Origin: Octopus vulgaris
Taxonomy: Eukaryota
Assembly (NCBI GenBank): GCA_951406725.2
Contig: OX597838.1
Span: 44,826,001-44,890,000 of the forward strand
DNA: 64,000 nucleotides
Direction: 5' to 3'
The notes under the pieces were generated by a model. It was not told the origin of the DNA. It did no database searches and was given only the letters and a program-made list of their open reading frames with translations. Both the position numbers and the translations under genes were made by a program. Numbering within the stretch: position 1 is the stretch's first letter; each line of letters opens with the position of its first letter. Below, piece after piece: positions 1 through 13,019 of the stretch.

Positions 1-150
1 GGATGTTACATAGTTAATGGTATTGCGAGAGTAATAACAGATGTGTTGGCACTGGTAATGTAGCAGATCGCTACAGCGTGTCGAACAAACTCGCTTATAG
101 TATTTGACTGCTATTTCAAATGGGCTCTGGCATGGTTATTTGTATTTCAG

Positions 151-473
151 GTGAAGGCACGTGGCTTAGTGGTTAGGGGTATTCGGGGCACGATCGTAAG
201 GTCGTCAGTTCTACTCCCAGCGGTTCGTTGTGTCCTTAAGCAAGATATTTTATTCCCCGTTTCTCCTCTCCACTCAGCTGGCAAATGCGAGTTGTATCCG
301 TATTTCAAATAATCAGCCTCGTCATATTCTGTGTCACGACGAATCTTTCTGAGAACTACGTTATGGGTGCGCATGTCCGCGTATAGCTCAGACACTCGCG
401 CGTTAATTTCACGAACTAACTGTTCCATTGATTCGATGAATTGGAACCCTCGTCTTGTAACCGACAGGGTGCC
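151..473 (+). mobile_element. tRNA-derived SINE (head type D + tail type X)
   Basis: A-box-like GTGGCTTAGTGGTTAGG and B-box-like GTTCTACTCC. The 3' half (tatttcaaa...gtcacgacgaatct...gaaccctcgtc..gtaaccgac) is homologous to the tails of the SINEs at 19441-19817 and 32440-32815. Confidence 0.8.
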
Positions 474-740
474 ATTTTTCAAATGCTACAGACAAATATT
501 CACCAAATCATAAAATCTCGTTGGCTTCAAAAATTTAATAGAAAAAAGGAGGAAAACACTTACGATGATAGATTCCTGCGTGTAATCTCAGTAGTAAGTC
601 AGATGAGAAAGTGTTTATGGGAACATATTTGACCATGGGTTCTTTTTCAACTCCTAACGACCAACGAGAAACAGCTTGCTGTATTCTGCGTTCAAATCTC
701 GCACCCAGTAGTCAATGAAATATTGATGTCAAATCCTAAG

Positions 741-925
741 TACAAGGCCAGCGGAGGAGAGATAAGTCGATTATATCGACTCCAGTACTCAACTGGTACT
801 TATTTTATCGACGCCAAAACGATGAAAGGCAAAGTCTGTCTCGGCAGATTTTGAACTGAGAGCATAAAGACGGACGAAATGCCGCCAAGCATTTTGCTTG
901 CTAACGATTCTGCCAGCTCACCTCC
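741..925 (-). mobile_element. tRNA-derived SINE family B, decayed
   Basis: Reverse complement matches the GGCGGCGAGCTGGCAGAA..GTTAGC..GTTCAAATTCCGCCGAGGTCGACTTTGCCTTTCATC consensus seen at 3498, 14090 and 37703. Confidence 0.8.
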
Positions 926-946
926 TTAATATTGCTTACGAATTTT

Positions 947-1112
947 GGCACAAAGCCAGTAATTTCGAGGGTGGATTTATGTCGATTACTTCGACCGTAG
1001 TACGCAACCGGTACTTTTTCATCGATCTCGAAAGGATTGAAACCTAATGTCGACCTCGGTGGAATTTGAACTCAGAACGTAATGACGGAGAAAATGTCGC
1101 TAAGCATTTTGC
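947..1112 (-). mobile_element. SINE family B, second adjacent copy, 5' truncated
   Basis: gtcgacctcggtggaatttgaactcagaacgt..gctaagcattttgc is homologous to the preceding copy. Confidence 0.75.
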
Positions 1113-2185
1113 TTAGTGGCCTTTTATTACTCTTCCGAGATGCAGTTTTATATACCTAGATTCTGTTGGGGAGTTTCATGTCTGAAACTACTTTCTGTTG
1201 AGATATATCAAGTTTATTGAAGTAGCATAAGTTTCAGAAAATACCAATTCTATTTCTTGGTAGATATTTAACTTTATTATAGAAATAAACATGAAATTTA
1301 ATTTCACAGCGAAAGACTTCGAATGAAAATTGTATGGCCGAATCAGGAGACTGTATTGCATTACTTCTTCCACTACTGAAATTTTGCATATATCTCTTCA
1401 GTTCAAATTACTCTGGAATCGACTTCTGATTTTATTTTTTCCGAGATTGGTAAAATAATTGCTTGGTTATTTGTTTTTGTTTAGCTCCAAATAGAATTAT
1501 ATTTATGATCAAAAAGATTAAATTATCATAATTTCCCAGACATATTCTATGCATCTTATACGAGAGTCAATTCGAGAAGGTATCTGAGATAGTATTTACC
1601 AATTCGTCACCACTAAAACATTCACCGAATTATAGGAAACGCAGTTCTTAAAAATGAATGACAGTTATACCTCTGTATGTGTGATAGGGAATAATCTAAC
1701 GCACATATCAATGGAAACAGCCGTCCTCAATCAGTAAGTTCCGATGGTATAGTGAAGAGGTTGTCAAAACTGTCCCTTAACGTATCCGTCCACACCCCCA
1801 AATTAATAACATACGATTTGGGGGAAATATAGATACTATTCATTGAAGGTAAAGGAAATATATAAAGGACTCTCAGATGGTTCCAAAATGTACCAGTTTC
1901 ATATTTGGGTCGATTTGTTTCGGTGTTCTACATAGCCTGTAAAGAAATGTATGAGCCGGCGAACACGAAGTTTCGAGTGATGATACGAACAGGACATATT
2001 CGCTCTGACTGGTGTCACTGATAGTCATCTATGGAAAATGTCGAACGCATAAATAATGCAAAGATGCGAAGAGTCATTAGTCGAGAAAATATAAGCGCAG
2101 AAGAGCAAACAGGCACCTACAGACACGTATAGAGACATTCATGTATATGCATATACATAATTCCACCAAGCACACACACACGAAC

Positions 2186-2227
<42 letters not shown>

Positions 2228-2757
2228 ATACACACACGAGTGACACACTCACACACAAGCTGACGCAAACCTACAGACATAACCACTCACGTATATATGA
2301 ATATGCACTAAACGACGCCGGACATACGTGTGGCTTTTAATCGTAGGCATCGGTCGGCACACTTTTCGATACATCGCAATGCATAAGCTTATTTGTGTAC
2401 ATATACCTATACAATCATGCGTGTGTGTGTGTGTGTGTGCTTGTGTGTGTGTGTGTGTGTGTGTGCTTGTGTGTGTGCATGGACACACGCGCGCGCACAC
2501 ACACACGCATATCGAAGAGCCATGCTGGAGACGTAACACACCCTCGTGTTTATATCTTAAACTGAGTGTCATCCTTATACATTCGCTGCGTACGTGAATG
2601 TACCAGGAGGACCAGTTTATTATTTTATCCAATATTTTACCCTCTGAGACACGCACACTTATTGCAGTGGTCCTTCAGTTTTTCTAAGGCCTGTAAAAGA
2701 ACTCGGAATTTGTGGCCTCCACCCAGGCCTTTCGCAATACCCATAAAACCAAGACCT

Positions 2758-2819
<62 letters not shown>

Positions 2820-2822
2820 TAT

Positions 2823-2876
<54 letters not shown>

Positions 2877-2906
2877 CATATATATACACATATATATATA
2901 TATATA

Positions 2907-3130
2907 AAGTTAATCCAAACAAGAAAGCACAAAAAAACACAACAACACGAGGACGTGGAACAAATATAGTATTATTGGACCATCAGAAAAAAAGGAAAGA
3001 AGGAGGGTTTAACGTTTCGAGCGTAGCTCTTCGTCGGAAACATAGGAGAAGGAAAGATCTAGAGAAGGGAAGACAGAGGAAAAAAATCGCCAACGGTACA
3101 CACGCGGTCACATTTTGAAAGACCGGAAAT
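2907..3130 (-). mobile_element. Penelope-like pLTR-type fragment inserted in (TA)n
   Basis: Unique island between two (TA)n tracts that carries a minimal hammerhead motif (3007-3041). A homologous copy lies at 20590-20713. Confidence 0.6.
3007..3041 (-). ncRNA. minimal type I hammerhead ribozyme (PLE-type, U4C core variant)
   Basis: Minus strand GUUU-CCGACGA-A-GAGC UAC GCUC-GAAA-CG-UU-AAAC: stem I GUUU/AAAC, stem II GAGC/GCUC, palindromic AACGUU in place of stem III, GUU triplet. Confidence 0.65.
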
Positions 3131-3136
3131 TTACGT

Positions 3137-3192
<56 letters not shown>

Positions 3193-3497
3193 ACATATAT
3201 ATATACATATATATATATATGTATGTGTATGTATATATATAAATGTGTGTGTTTATGAGTGGGTGGCACTCCACATATTTAGTAGGAGTTATATGTTTAA
3301 TACCAGTTTGGCTCATCTCCATACAACAACTAGAGTCCGACTATTACTAAGTAAACGGGTGCTTGTGTGTAGGAATTTCGAGGTACGTATTTCAGTGAGT
3401 ACGCACGTGTTTCGACCAGTAACATTCTTCCGCAGAGCATTCAATTGTCACGTGCAAAGAGACGCACATACGATTTTAATTAATAACCGAGTATTAA

Positions 3498-3727
3498 GGC
3501 GGCGGGCTGGCATATACGTTAGCACTCCGGGCGAAATGCTTCGCAATATTTTCTGTGTCCTTACGTTTTGAGTTCAAATTCCGCCGAGGTCGACTTTACT
3601 TTTCATCCTTTCGGGGTCGATAAATGAGCACCAGTTACGCACTGAGGTCGATGTAATCGACTTAATCCCTTTCTCTGTCCTTGTTAGTACCCTGCATATT
3701 TAGCACATTGTGGGCAATAAATAAATA
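3498..3727 (+). mobile_element. SINE family B, full length
   Basis: GGCGGCGGGCTGGCA..GTTAGCAC head, GAGTTCAAATTCCGCC B-box, and a tail ending tgtgggcaataaa. Confidence 0.85.
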
Positions 3728-3810
3728 TAACACTGTCTGACCGATAAACAAGTCATACACACTTTCAAGAAAACATCTTTGTGCGATCTTAGTATATTAT
3801 TTATGAATGT

Positions 3811-3856
<46 letters not shown>

Positions 3857-4109
3857 TGCGTGGCACATTAGGCATGTCTTCTACTATAGCCTCGAACCAA
3901 CAAAAGCGTTTTGAGTGGACCTGGTGGACGGAAAGTGAAAGAAGCCTGTCGTATATATATATATATATATATATACGTATATATTTGTGTGTATGAGTGT
4001 CTGCATGTAAATACATATATATGTAAAGTATATATATATATATAAATGCTCACAGATGCTCATGAATCATATGTACATACATACATACATACATACATAC
4101 ATACATACA

Positions 4110-4141
<32 letters not shown>

Positions 4142-4347
4142 ACCTAAAGCGCGTGAGGACGTATAGAAAATCCATCTTCGTCTTTTTAACATAAAATATT
4201 CATATAATCTTTATTCTTTGTTCTTGTATTTGTCAATGTCGTGGGGTCGACATTGAATAACATTATTCATTCACCGTCAAATACAATCCAACATATACGC
4301 ACATTACATACATTTAAACTCACGCATTCACATATAGATACTTATAC

Positions 4348-5188
4348 CGAGTGTTATTGGTAAATTGTCGCCGTGTTATATTTTTTTCCGAAATGTATGC
4401 TTTTGATTTTGTCGACTACAGTGTATGGTAGGGTCTGTTGGGCACCGTCTGTGAGAAAAACAGCACCATAGCCCAATTCACACTGCCAGAAATTTGGAAA
4501 TGACATGCTGTTCTGCTCAGCATTCGCGCCGGAAGCTCCAATACGAATATTTCAGAGTGTTGAGGACATTGTAGTCTGAAGGCATGTACCGAGAGTGATA
4601 AAATTCAAACATCCAGTCAACATCATCGTGTTTGGAGTGATTACTAGTGATGATGACGTTATGCTTCCATTCATCTCCGCACACAGCTTCAGACTCAACA
4701 CGGAGGCCTTCATGAAGTACCCGCAGGAGGCAATACATCCTGGGAAAAAGCGGGGTGGGGGTGCGGGAAGACGCTATATCTGGTAACAGGACTCTATACC
4801 ATGCGACACAAACAGGAGAAACCAGCCATGACTGTCAGACAATTTCTGCGACATCACCGCAAAAATCTGGCCATCTAACACCCCATACTGCATCCTCATT
4901 AATTATTATGTGTGAGACGAAGAAAACACATTGTAACACCAAAGATGATCTGAAGGCAAGAATTATGTCAGCATTCACCACCTTAAACAAGGAAACCGTC
5001 CATACAAGATGCAGGAGATTCCGAAGTCGTCTGGAGGCTGTGGAGGAAGCCAACGGCGATCTTATGGAATAAATCTACTCTTTAGTATCTTATAATATTT
5101 TAAATTTTGGTAAATATATCTGTTAAAATGAGATGTCAGTGTTAACATTTTAGTGTTATTTTGATGACAGTTTATTCACCGCACCCTA
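4348..5188 (+). mobile_element. decayed Tc1/mariner DNA transposon (DD37D/maT-like), internally deleted
   Basis: Fragments KHPVNIIVFGVITSD, W*QDS, IWPSNTP and NTKDDLKARIMSAF..RCRRFRSRLEAVEEANG. Degenerate TIRs (gtg..ggtaaattgtcgcc / gacagtttattcaccgcacccta) with TA flanks. Confidence 0.7.
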
Positions 5189-5196
5189 TATATGTA

Positions 5197-6431
5197 CGAG
5201 GGACGTTCAATAAGTAATGCTCCTGACCCACTTGCAATTATTTGATCTAGCTGAAATTTTGCATGTGCAATTATTTATATCTCTATAGATTAAGTGGCAA
5301 ATTACAGCTCTGGACTAATTGCGGTTTCTGATTTACAGGTGTTTGAACTGAGTCAAGTATGAAATGGAGCCTGTTGAGTGTCGAGCAGTGATCCGCTTTT
5401 TGTATTTGAAAGGACGCACACCACGGGAGATTTTTGATGAAATGAAAGTAACTTATGGTGAGGATGCCCCATCATATGACCTTGTAAAACGCTGGCATCG
5501 TGAATTTAAACATGGTCGGAACTCTGTGGAAACAGCTCCCAGATCTGGTCGCCCCCTTTCTGCCATTGATGAGGCATCTGTCCGTCAAGTTGAGGCTGCC
5601 ATTTTGGAAGATCGACGCATAACTATTCGCAAAATAGCCCATGAGGTCAAGATTAGTACCGGGTCTGTGGAAACTATCATTCATGACCATTTGGATATGC
5701 AAAAGGTGTCTGCAAGATGGATTCCCAGGTTGCTCACACCTTTCCAGAAGCAAGAACGCGTCGAGTGCACGAGGATGAATTTGGAGATGTGCCAAGAAGA
5801 TGAGTCAAAATTTTTCAAAAGACTGATAACACGGGATGAAACTTGGGACCATCACTATGATCCAGAGACCAAAGCTCAGTCAATGCAGTGGAAGCACCGT
5901 GACTCACCTCCTCCAAAGAAGGCAAGGGTACAGCCCTCCGCTGGCAAGGTCATGCTCACAGTCTTCTGGGACCAGGACGGAGTAGTGATGACAGATTTCC
6001 TGGCAAAGGGTACCACAATTACAGGAGCCTATTATGCTTCACTTTTGAGGAAATTAAGAGAAGCTATCAAAATCAAGAGGCGGGGCAAGATCAGCAAAGG
6101 CATCCTCCTCCTGCAGGACAACGCTCCGGTCCACAACTCGCTTGTCGCCAGATCAGAAGCACAGGCGTGCGGCTATGAACTCCACCCAATCCCCCCTACT
6201 CTCCTGACCTTGCACCCTCGGATTTTCACCTCTTCCCAGCCATGAAGTTGTTTTTGGAGGACCAAGCTGGGGTCTTCTACAAAAACGGTCTCCAGAGCTG
6301 CATCAAACGATGAGAGAAATGCGTAACTCTGGGTGTTTCCTATGTAGACAAAGACTAATAACTGTGCCAGGTTTCGTTGCTCTATTGCTATAGGAAGTGG
6401 GTCAGGGGCATTACTTATTGAACGCCCCTCG
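5197..6431 (+). mobile_element. mariner transposon (DD34D, irritans-like), near full length
   Basis: ~37-bp TIRs CGAGGGACGTTCAATAAGTAATGCTCCTGACCCACTT / AAGTGGGTCAGGGGCATTACTTATTGAACGCCCCTCG with 2 mismatches; TA duplications at 5195-96 and 6432-33. Confidence 0.95.
5364..6358 (+). pseudogene. mariner transposase pseudogene
   Basis: HTH region, RSGRP, WIPRLL, TRDETW, QDNAPVH. After a 1-bp deletion at ~6187 the frame continues PPYSPDLAPSDFHLF (34 residues between D2 and D3). The C-terminus is shortened and has an in-frame TGA (KR*EKC). Confidence 0.92.
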
Positions 6432-6584
6432 TATATATATATATATATATATATTTAATCGGCCCGGCCCACAACAGACGAAGACACTTGCGCGAGGTGC
6501 CGCACAGTGAGACTGAACTAGGAAACATATGGTTGGGAAGCTAACTGCTTTCCACATAGGCGCACCTGTACATGTATATATCTT

Positions 6585-6857
6585 TTCATTATTTGTTTCA
6601 GTCATTTGACTGCGGCCATGCTGGAGCACCGCTTTAAAAATGGTAGTCGAAGAAATCGCTCCTAGGACATATTCTTTGTAAGCTTAGTACTTATTCTATC
6701 GGTCTCTTTGGCCTAACCGCTATGTTACGGTGATATAAACACACCAGTTGTCAGGCGATGGCAGGGAAACAAACAAAGAAAGACACACACACAGGCACAC
6801 ACACACACACACACACACACAAACAAACAAACAAATAAACACACACACACATGCACA

Positions 6858-6931
<74 letters not shown>

Positions 6932-7084
6932 CGACGAGATTCCGTCTACCAAATCCACTCACAAGGCTTTGGTCGGCCCGAGGGTATAGCAGAAAACACC
7001 TGCCCAAGGCCCCACGGTGTGGAACTGAACCCAGAACCATGTGATTGGGAAACATGCTTCTTACCGCACAGATGCGCCTGCGCC
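6585..7084 (-). mobile_element. SINE family A with internal (CA)n microsatellite
   Basis: Reverse complement of the 43655-44060 copy: head GGCGCAGG..TGTGCGGTAAG..GGTTCAGTTCC, tail CTCCAGCATGGCCGCAGTCAAATGACTGAAACAA. Confidence 0.88.
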
Positions 7085-7387
7085 TACACATACATTATAC
7101 AGTGATATACAAGACAAAACATAAGTAATGGTCATTACACATATATTTATTTATTGTAGTATATTTGTTTTACAGCTGTTTCCAGTAGGTTTCAGAGGTT
7201 CGTTATTGACAGACTTACCCAGTCGGTTCATTAATCATTTAAGAAAAATTGAACGACCTACAAAGGGAAAGCTACTTTCGTCAGAATCATTTCTGGTTAC
7301 AGCCATGCAGAACATCGAAAGATTGTCCCTCACTACTAAATCTCCTTTGCATATTATGTGTGTGTGTATATATATATATGCATATAC

Positions 7388-7448
<61 letters not shown>

Positions 7449-7460
7449 CATATGTATATG

Positions 7461-7537
<77 letters not shown>

Positions 7538-7544
7538 GTATATG

Positions 7545-7593
<49 letters not shown>

Positions 7594-7782
7594 CAGGGGA
7601 CATACGTGTATATAAGTATACATCCTCAATTACACACGGATATGTTTTCGTGTGCAGTTCTGTGTCTGTGTGTCTGTGTGCGTGCGAGAGAGAGAGAGGG
7701 TGAAAGAGAAAAGACTGTGTGTATGTATGATTTTGCGCATGCACGCGTTTGAATACCTACGTGCCATCTTACACATGATTAT

Positions 7783-8136
<354 letters not shown>

Positions 8137-8584
8137 AAATATGCCTTTACATATCATATGCCGCACCCTTACAAAGAAGCTAATGCAATCTCTAATAACA
8201 ATATATTGATATTAATCTGCAAATAAGATATTTGGCTTCCAGCACAGAAACATGGAATAAACCGTGACAGTAGGTTTTACAAATGATATACAATGACACA
8301 CAAGTTGTGTTTATACACGCTGTTTACAGATATATGGATACTAATATATTACGGAGAATATAGGATGAGGTGGAGAATTACACCCAGTTCGATAATATAT
8401 CTTGCAAAATGTGTGCATGGTTCTCTTTGAACTTGAAGTTCCACAAACACGCCTGCTGAGGTGTGTGCTCCTGAAAGCAAACCGATTCTAATGCATGCGT
8501 ATATGTTTGTATACACACACACAGAGGCATACGCATATATGTATATATGCATATATGTATATATGTATATATGTATATATATAT

Positions 8585-8630
<46 letters not shown>

Positions 8631-8724
8631 ATATACATATACATTATACATATATATACATACATATATATATATATATGCATATATTTATGTTTGTGTG
8701 TGTGTGTGTGTGTATGTGTGTGTG

Positions 8725-8865
8725 TGTGGTAAGAAGCTTGCTTCTCAACCACATGGTTCCGGGTTCAGTTCCACTGCGTGGCAAATTGGTCTTCTACTAT
8801 AGCTTCGGGCCGACCAAAGGCTTGTGACTGGATTTGGTAGACGGAAACTGAAAGGAGTCCCTCGA

Positions 8866-8916
<51 letters not shown>

Positions 8917-9113
8917 TATGTTCGTTCCACAACATCGCTTGACAGCCGATGGTGTTGTGTTTACGTCCCCGTAACTTAGCGGCTCGGCATACTATCCCAA
9001 TAGAATAAGTACAAGACTTACAAAGAATAAGTGCTGGGGTGGATTTACTCGACTAAAGGCGGCGCTCCAGCATGGCCGCAGTCAAATGACTGAAACAAGT
9101 AAAAGAACACAAG
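8725..9113 (+). mobile_element. SINE family A
   Basis: gtggtaagaagcttgct..ggttccgggttcagttcc head; ctccagcatggccgcagtcaaatgactgaaacaagtaaaag tail. Confidence 0.88.
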
Positions 9114-9224
9114 AATAAAAGCAGAAGCAAAACAGCTCGTTATAATATTTCTGTAAGAGATGAATATATTTACAAATATATATTCATATGTACACACATA
9201 CATACACACACACTTGTATATATA

Positions 9225-10075
9225 CGAGGTAGCTTCAAAATGTATCCGACCTTCGGACATAAATAGAGAGAAAAAAAGACTATTTTGTACATTTCACACA
9301 TTTAATATAATCACTTCAGATTTCACTCACTTTTGTAAGAGTTCCTACCAATGTTGGTAACACTTCCGTAAAGCCTTCTTTGGTACGCTATGGACTCAGA
9401 CAACGCCTTTCTCAGAATCCCATTTCGCTATTCAAATCGCTTTTTTTAGTGTTGTTTTCAGTTTGGGATGTCAAGAGTGTAGGGCTCCTATCGAACAAGT
9501 GTTGTTCTTGACCGAGAAAACTTGGATTAAAAGGCAAGTTCAAAAAGCATCCGACGTTATTTTTTCGCCGAGACCCCCTCGCATGCATATTCCTCCCTTA
9601 AGATAGTGGGAATACGCACGAATCCTGTGCGCTTTCCCACCTCGTGTGAGTAATTTCTTGGTTTGTCACATGACGGGTCTTCCATGTCTATTTACCGCAT
9701 CACCTCGTTTCGGCTTGTGGATGGCCGGACTAAGCGTGCCTTCCTTTCCACTGCGGAGCGGCTATGTTTGAAGCAGTTATACCTCCTTGTTCTGCGTTTT
9801 GCTTATGAAATCATCACTAAAGGTCTGTTGAATCTTCTGGATGATTTGACTTTAAATATCACCAAGCTTTTGGCAAAACTTGATGCAATATCTCTGTTCG
9901 GCCACAATACGCGTGAAGAAAAATCTGACGAGCGCGCACTAGACGTCAACTCTATAGGCGTAACAGCCGCCATCTGCCCAGGAAAGTTGGCGTCATCTCT
10001 CACCCAAAGGGCTATGCCACGCAGCAATAGTTTCGCTGGGAAAAAATAAAGTCGGCTAACTTTTGAACACACCTC

Positions 10076-10076
<1 letters not shown>
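9225..10076 (-). mobile_element. decayed, internally deleted mariner element
   Basis: Imperfect TIRs CGAGGTAGCTTCAAAATGTATCCGAC / GTCGGCTAACTTTTGAACACACCTCG with TA flanks. Minus-strand remnants QRYCIKFCQKLGD..IQKIQQTFSDD (mariner N-terminus) and KCYQHW (C-terminus). Confidence 0.8.
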
Positions 10077-10115
<39 letters not shown>

Positions 10116-10122
<7 letters not shown>

Positions 10123-10260
10123 TTATTTACATTACATTGACGAATATTTGTCCTTATCTTGTTTGTTGTTAACACAACGTTTCGGCCGAAACGTTGTGTT
10201 AACAACAAACAAGATAAGGACAAATATTCGTCGAATGTAAATAATTTAAATAATGTACAT
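10116..10260. repeat. spacer-less palindrome (47-bp perfect arms) in a TA-embedded PLE-like fragment
   Basis: 10139-10185 is the exact reverse complement of 10186-10232; centre TTTCGG|CCGAAA. Confidence 0.9.
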
Positions 10261-10932
10261 AATTCCTCATTTCTTAAATATAGAATTATATATATAAAGA
10301 TAAAGAGAGATACTATTGACAATCCAATAATTTGCTTATATTATATTACATGATATACTATGAATATAATATAGCATAATATAAAATATAAACAATTATT
10401 AGAAACAGTTCCCTTATATATAAGTCACTTCAGGGTCATGGTTTAAAGATAGACGAAATTCTGTATGAAAGGGCAGCTGGATTGTAAAGATTAATTGAAA
10501 TGTATTATCATCGTTCGTTTTAACTTTTCAATCATACACCAATCACAATAAAAAAAAAACAAACAACAAAAGCACTCTAAAGGAAGATACAACCAAGTAA
10601 GTGTAATCCATAACCATCGAAATTCGCTTCATTACATCTCAAACAGATACCAATGGAAACCCTTTCATGTCCATCATAGTCCCTCGTCATCACAACATAC
10701 AACAATAAATAAGTGTGTATATATGTATATGTATATAATTAAGCATCTAAGTCTTCCCTTATGAACAATTACATCTTCAATACACAACTCTTCTATTTAT
10801 TTAAATTAATTGATATAAAAAAAAATTATTGTTTAAATTAACTAATAATAATCTTGTATGTTTATTGCTTTCTCGTGGAATAATTCCGTCGTAGATATGA
10901 ATAGAAACCGAATAAAAATGAACAATTATCAG

Positions 10933-11016
10933 CTCGTTGCAGCTGTTTCTCACGTAACTTTTCATAGAAGAATGAGAACCTTACATCATTATAACGGACC
11001 GTAATCATCGGATGAG
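10933..11016 (-). ncRNA. decayed type I hammerhead motif
   Basis: Minus strand CUCAU-CCGAUGA-UUACG...CGUGA-GAAA-CAGCUG-CA-ACGAG, with palindromic CAGCUG stem III. U16.1 is changed to C, so it is probably inactive. Confidence 0.45.
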
Positions 11017-11556
11017 AAGTAATTTTACCGAATAAAAGAACTTCCAGGTATACAGCAGGAATATGTCTGTCGAGGCCAACTGTGAACGGTAGAGCGAGCA
11101 ACTATGCTGGCAGGTTAGGAATGTAGTTCCTGGAAGTGTGTAATTTGATATCTAAGGTCAGTGACACTGGTGATAGGGAGTCTGCTAGACTAGATCATGA
11201 ATGGATTAGAGTGGGTTGTAGGAGAAAATGTGTTACGGTAAGCTGTAGGTTGTGGTAATTAAGGTGGGGTCATAAAGCAATTAAGAATAAGTGGGGAAAG
11301 TGGAGATAAGTAAATCAAACGTAAGGGTGAAAGAAAATAAAAAATAAAATAAAAATAGAAATAAAGGCATACGAGCTGATCAAGTATGGTAGGTGTATGA
11401 GTGACTCATACTAATGGTAAATGATTGGAGGAGGGGGATAGAGAGACATAGAAATTTAAGGGTATTTGGTAGATACTGGTTGAAAGTAGGGTGAAAGAGG
11501 CCATCAAATAATAAGATCAAAGTTATGGAATTAAATGCATACACACACATATATTA

Positions 11557-11639
<83 letters not shown>

Positions 11640-11703
11640 GTATACTATTAATATGGGCTGAAGCTTTTTTACAGAAAAAAATTTCATCAGAAAAAGGTTA
11701 AAA

Positions 11704-11934
11704 TTATAAACAAGGGCTAAAGAAAATTATTTCAACGCCAATATGCTGATAACAGACTTTTAAATCGTCAATTTCCACATATTATTTACTCGCTACAAAA
11801 AACACGTAGAGCTGAAATCGGGGAAAGCTGGCCAACAGAATTTTAGCGAGTAAATAATATGTGCAAATTGACGATTTAAAAGTCTGTTATCAGCATATTG
11901 GCATTGAAATAATTTCTTTAGCCCTTGTTTATAA
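11704..11934. repeat. inverted repeat, ~92-bp arms with ~48-bp spacer, between (TA)n tracts
   Basis: ttataaacaagggctaaag...ctcgcta / tagcgag...ctttagcccttgtttataa, with few mismatches. Confidence 0.9.
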
Positions 11935-11950
11935 GTTGTATATATATATG

Positions 11951-11993
<43 letters not shown>

Positions 11994-12004
11994 GTATATA
12001 TACA

Positions 12005-12480
12005 TATCATTGAAACCACCGTGCCATGACACTGCCTCCGCTGTTCGGGATACGTCATACGCATGCCTCAAACGTGCCACCCCGTCATCTACTCTTTAAG
12101 GAGTTGGTCTCTAGTATCAATCCACACGGATCTCTTAATCTCCGTTTCCGAGACCAGCTCAAGTCCACCGTCATCCACTTCCCCACTGACCCAAATACCT
12201 GGGAGAAATTCGCTAAGGACCGCCCAAAGTGACGGCATGTCGTCGTCGAGGGAACAGGCCTGGTGGAAAATAGCAGACGTCAAGAGGCAGAGATCAGATG
12301 CCGAAAACACAAAAAGCGACTCACACTGGCTCGTTCTCCACCAGCTCACCTCTGGTGATAAATGTGGCTCCTGTACACCAACTTTGGACTGAACATCCAC
12401 CCCAGGAACCAACACATTTTGTACACATCAAGATGAAGAGGCTCAATCACTGGTTACAATTCTCCAACACGGATATGAGT
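12005..12480 (+). mobile_element. RTE-clade LINE 3' fragment (pseudogenised)
   Basis: Translations GYVIRMP, PRHLLFKEL..LRFRDQLKS..DPNTWEKFAKDRPK*R and a Cys-containing terminal motif, typical of RTE/BovB C-termini. Confidence 0.7.
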
Positions 12481-12516
12481 CATTTCTTTCCAACTTTCTT
12501 CCTAAACGTGTCTGGC

Positions 12517-12548
<32 letters not shown>

Positions 12549-12552
<4 letters not shown>

Positions 12553-12759
12553 GTTTAAATGGCTGACGGTTAGTAAGGAGAGACACAAATAAGAAAGAAG
12601 AAAACAAAGGACCACTGATGCGGTCACAGGAGTGTGACGAAAGAACTCTGGCCGAAATAAGATTAAGATTAATGTAAAAATAAATAACACTGAAGCAAAA
12701 TAACACCAAATTACGTGTGTTTTTATTGGCTAAACTGGCAAAATGACCATTCCGAAATA

Positions 12760-12764
<5 letters not shown>
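12549..12764 (+). mobile_element. PLE-like pLTR fragment in (TA)n with hammerhead-like motif at 12610-12653
   Basis: GACCA-CUGAUGCG-GUCAC AGGAGU GUGAC-GAAA-GAAC-UC-UGGCC; same family as 15638-16132. Confidence 0.65.
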
Positions 12765-12823
<59 letters not shown>

Positions 12824-12944
12824 CATATATATATACATATATATGTATATACATATATATATACATATATATATATACATACATATATATATATATACAT
12901 ATATATATACATATATACATATATATTTATATTTACATATATAC

Positions 12945-13017
<73 letters not shown>

Positions 13018-13019
<2 letters not shown>

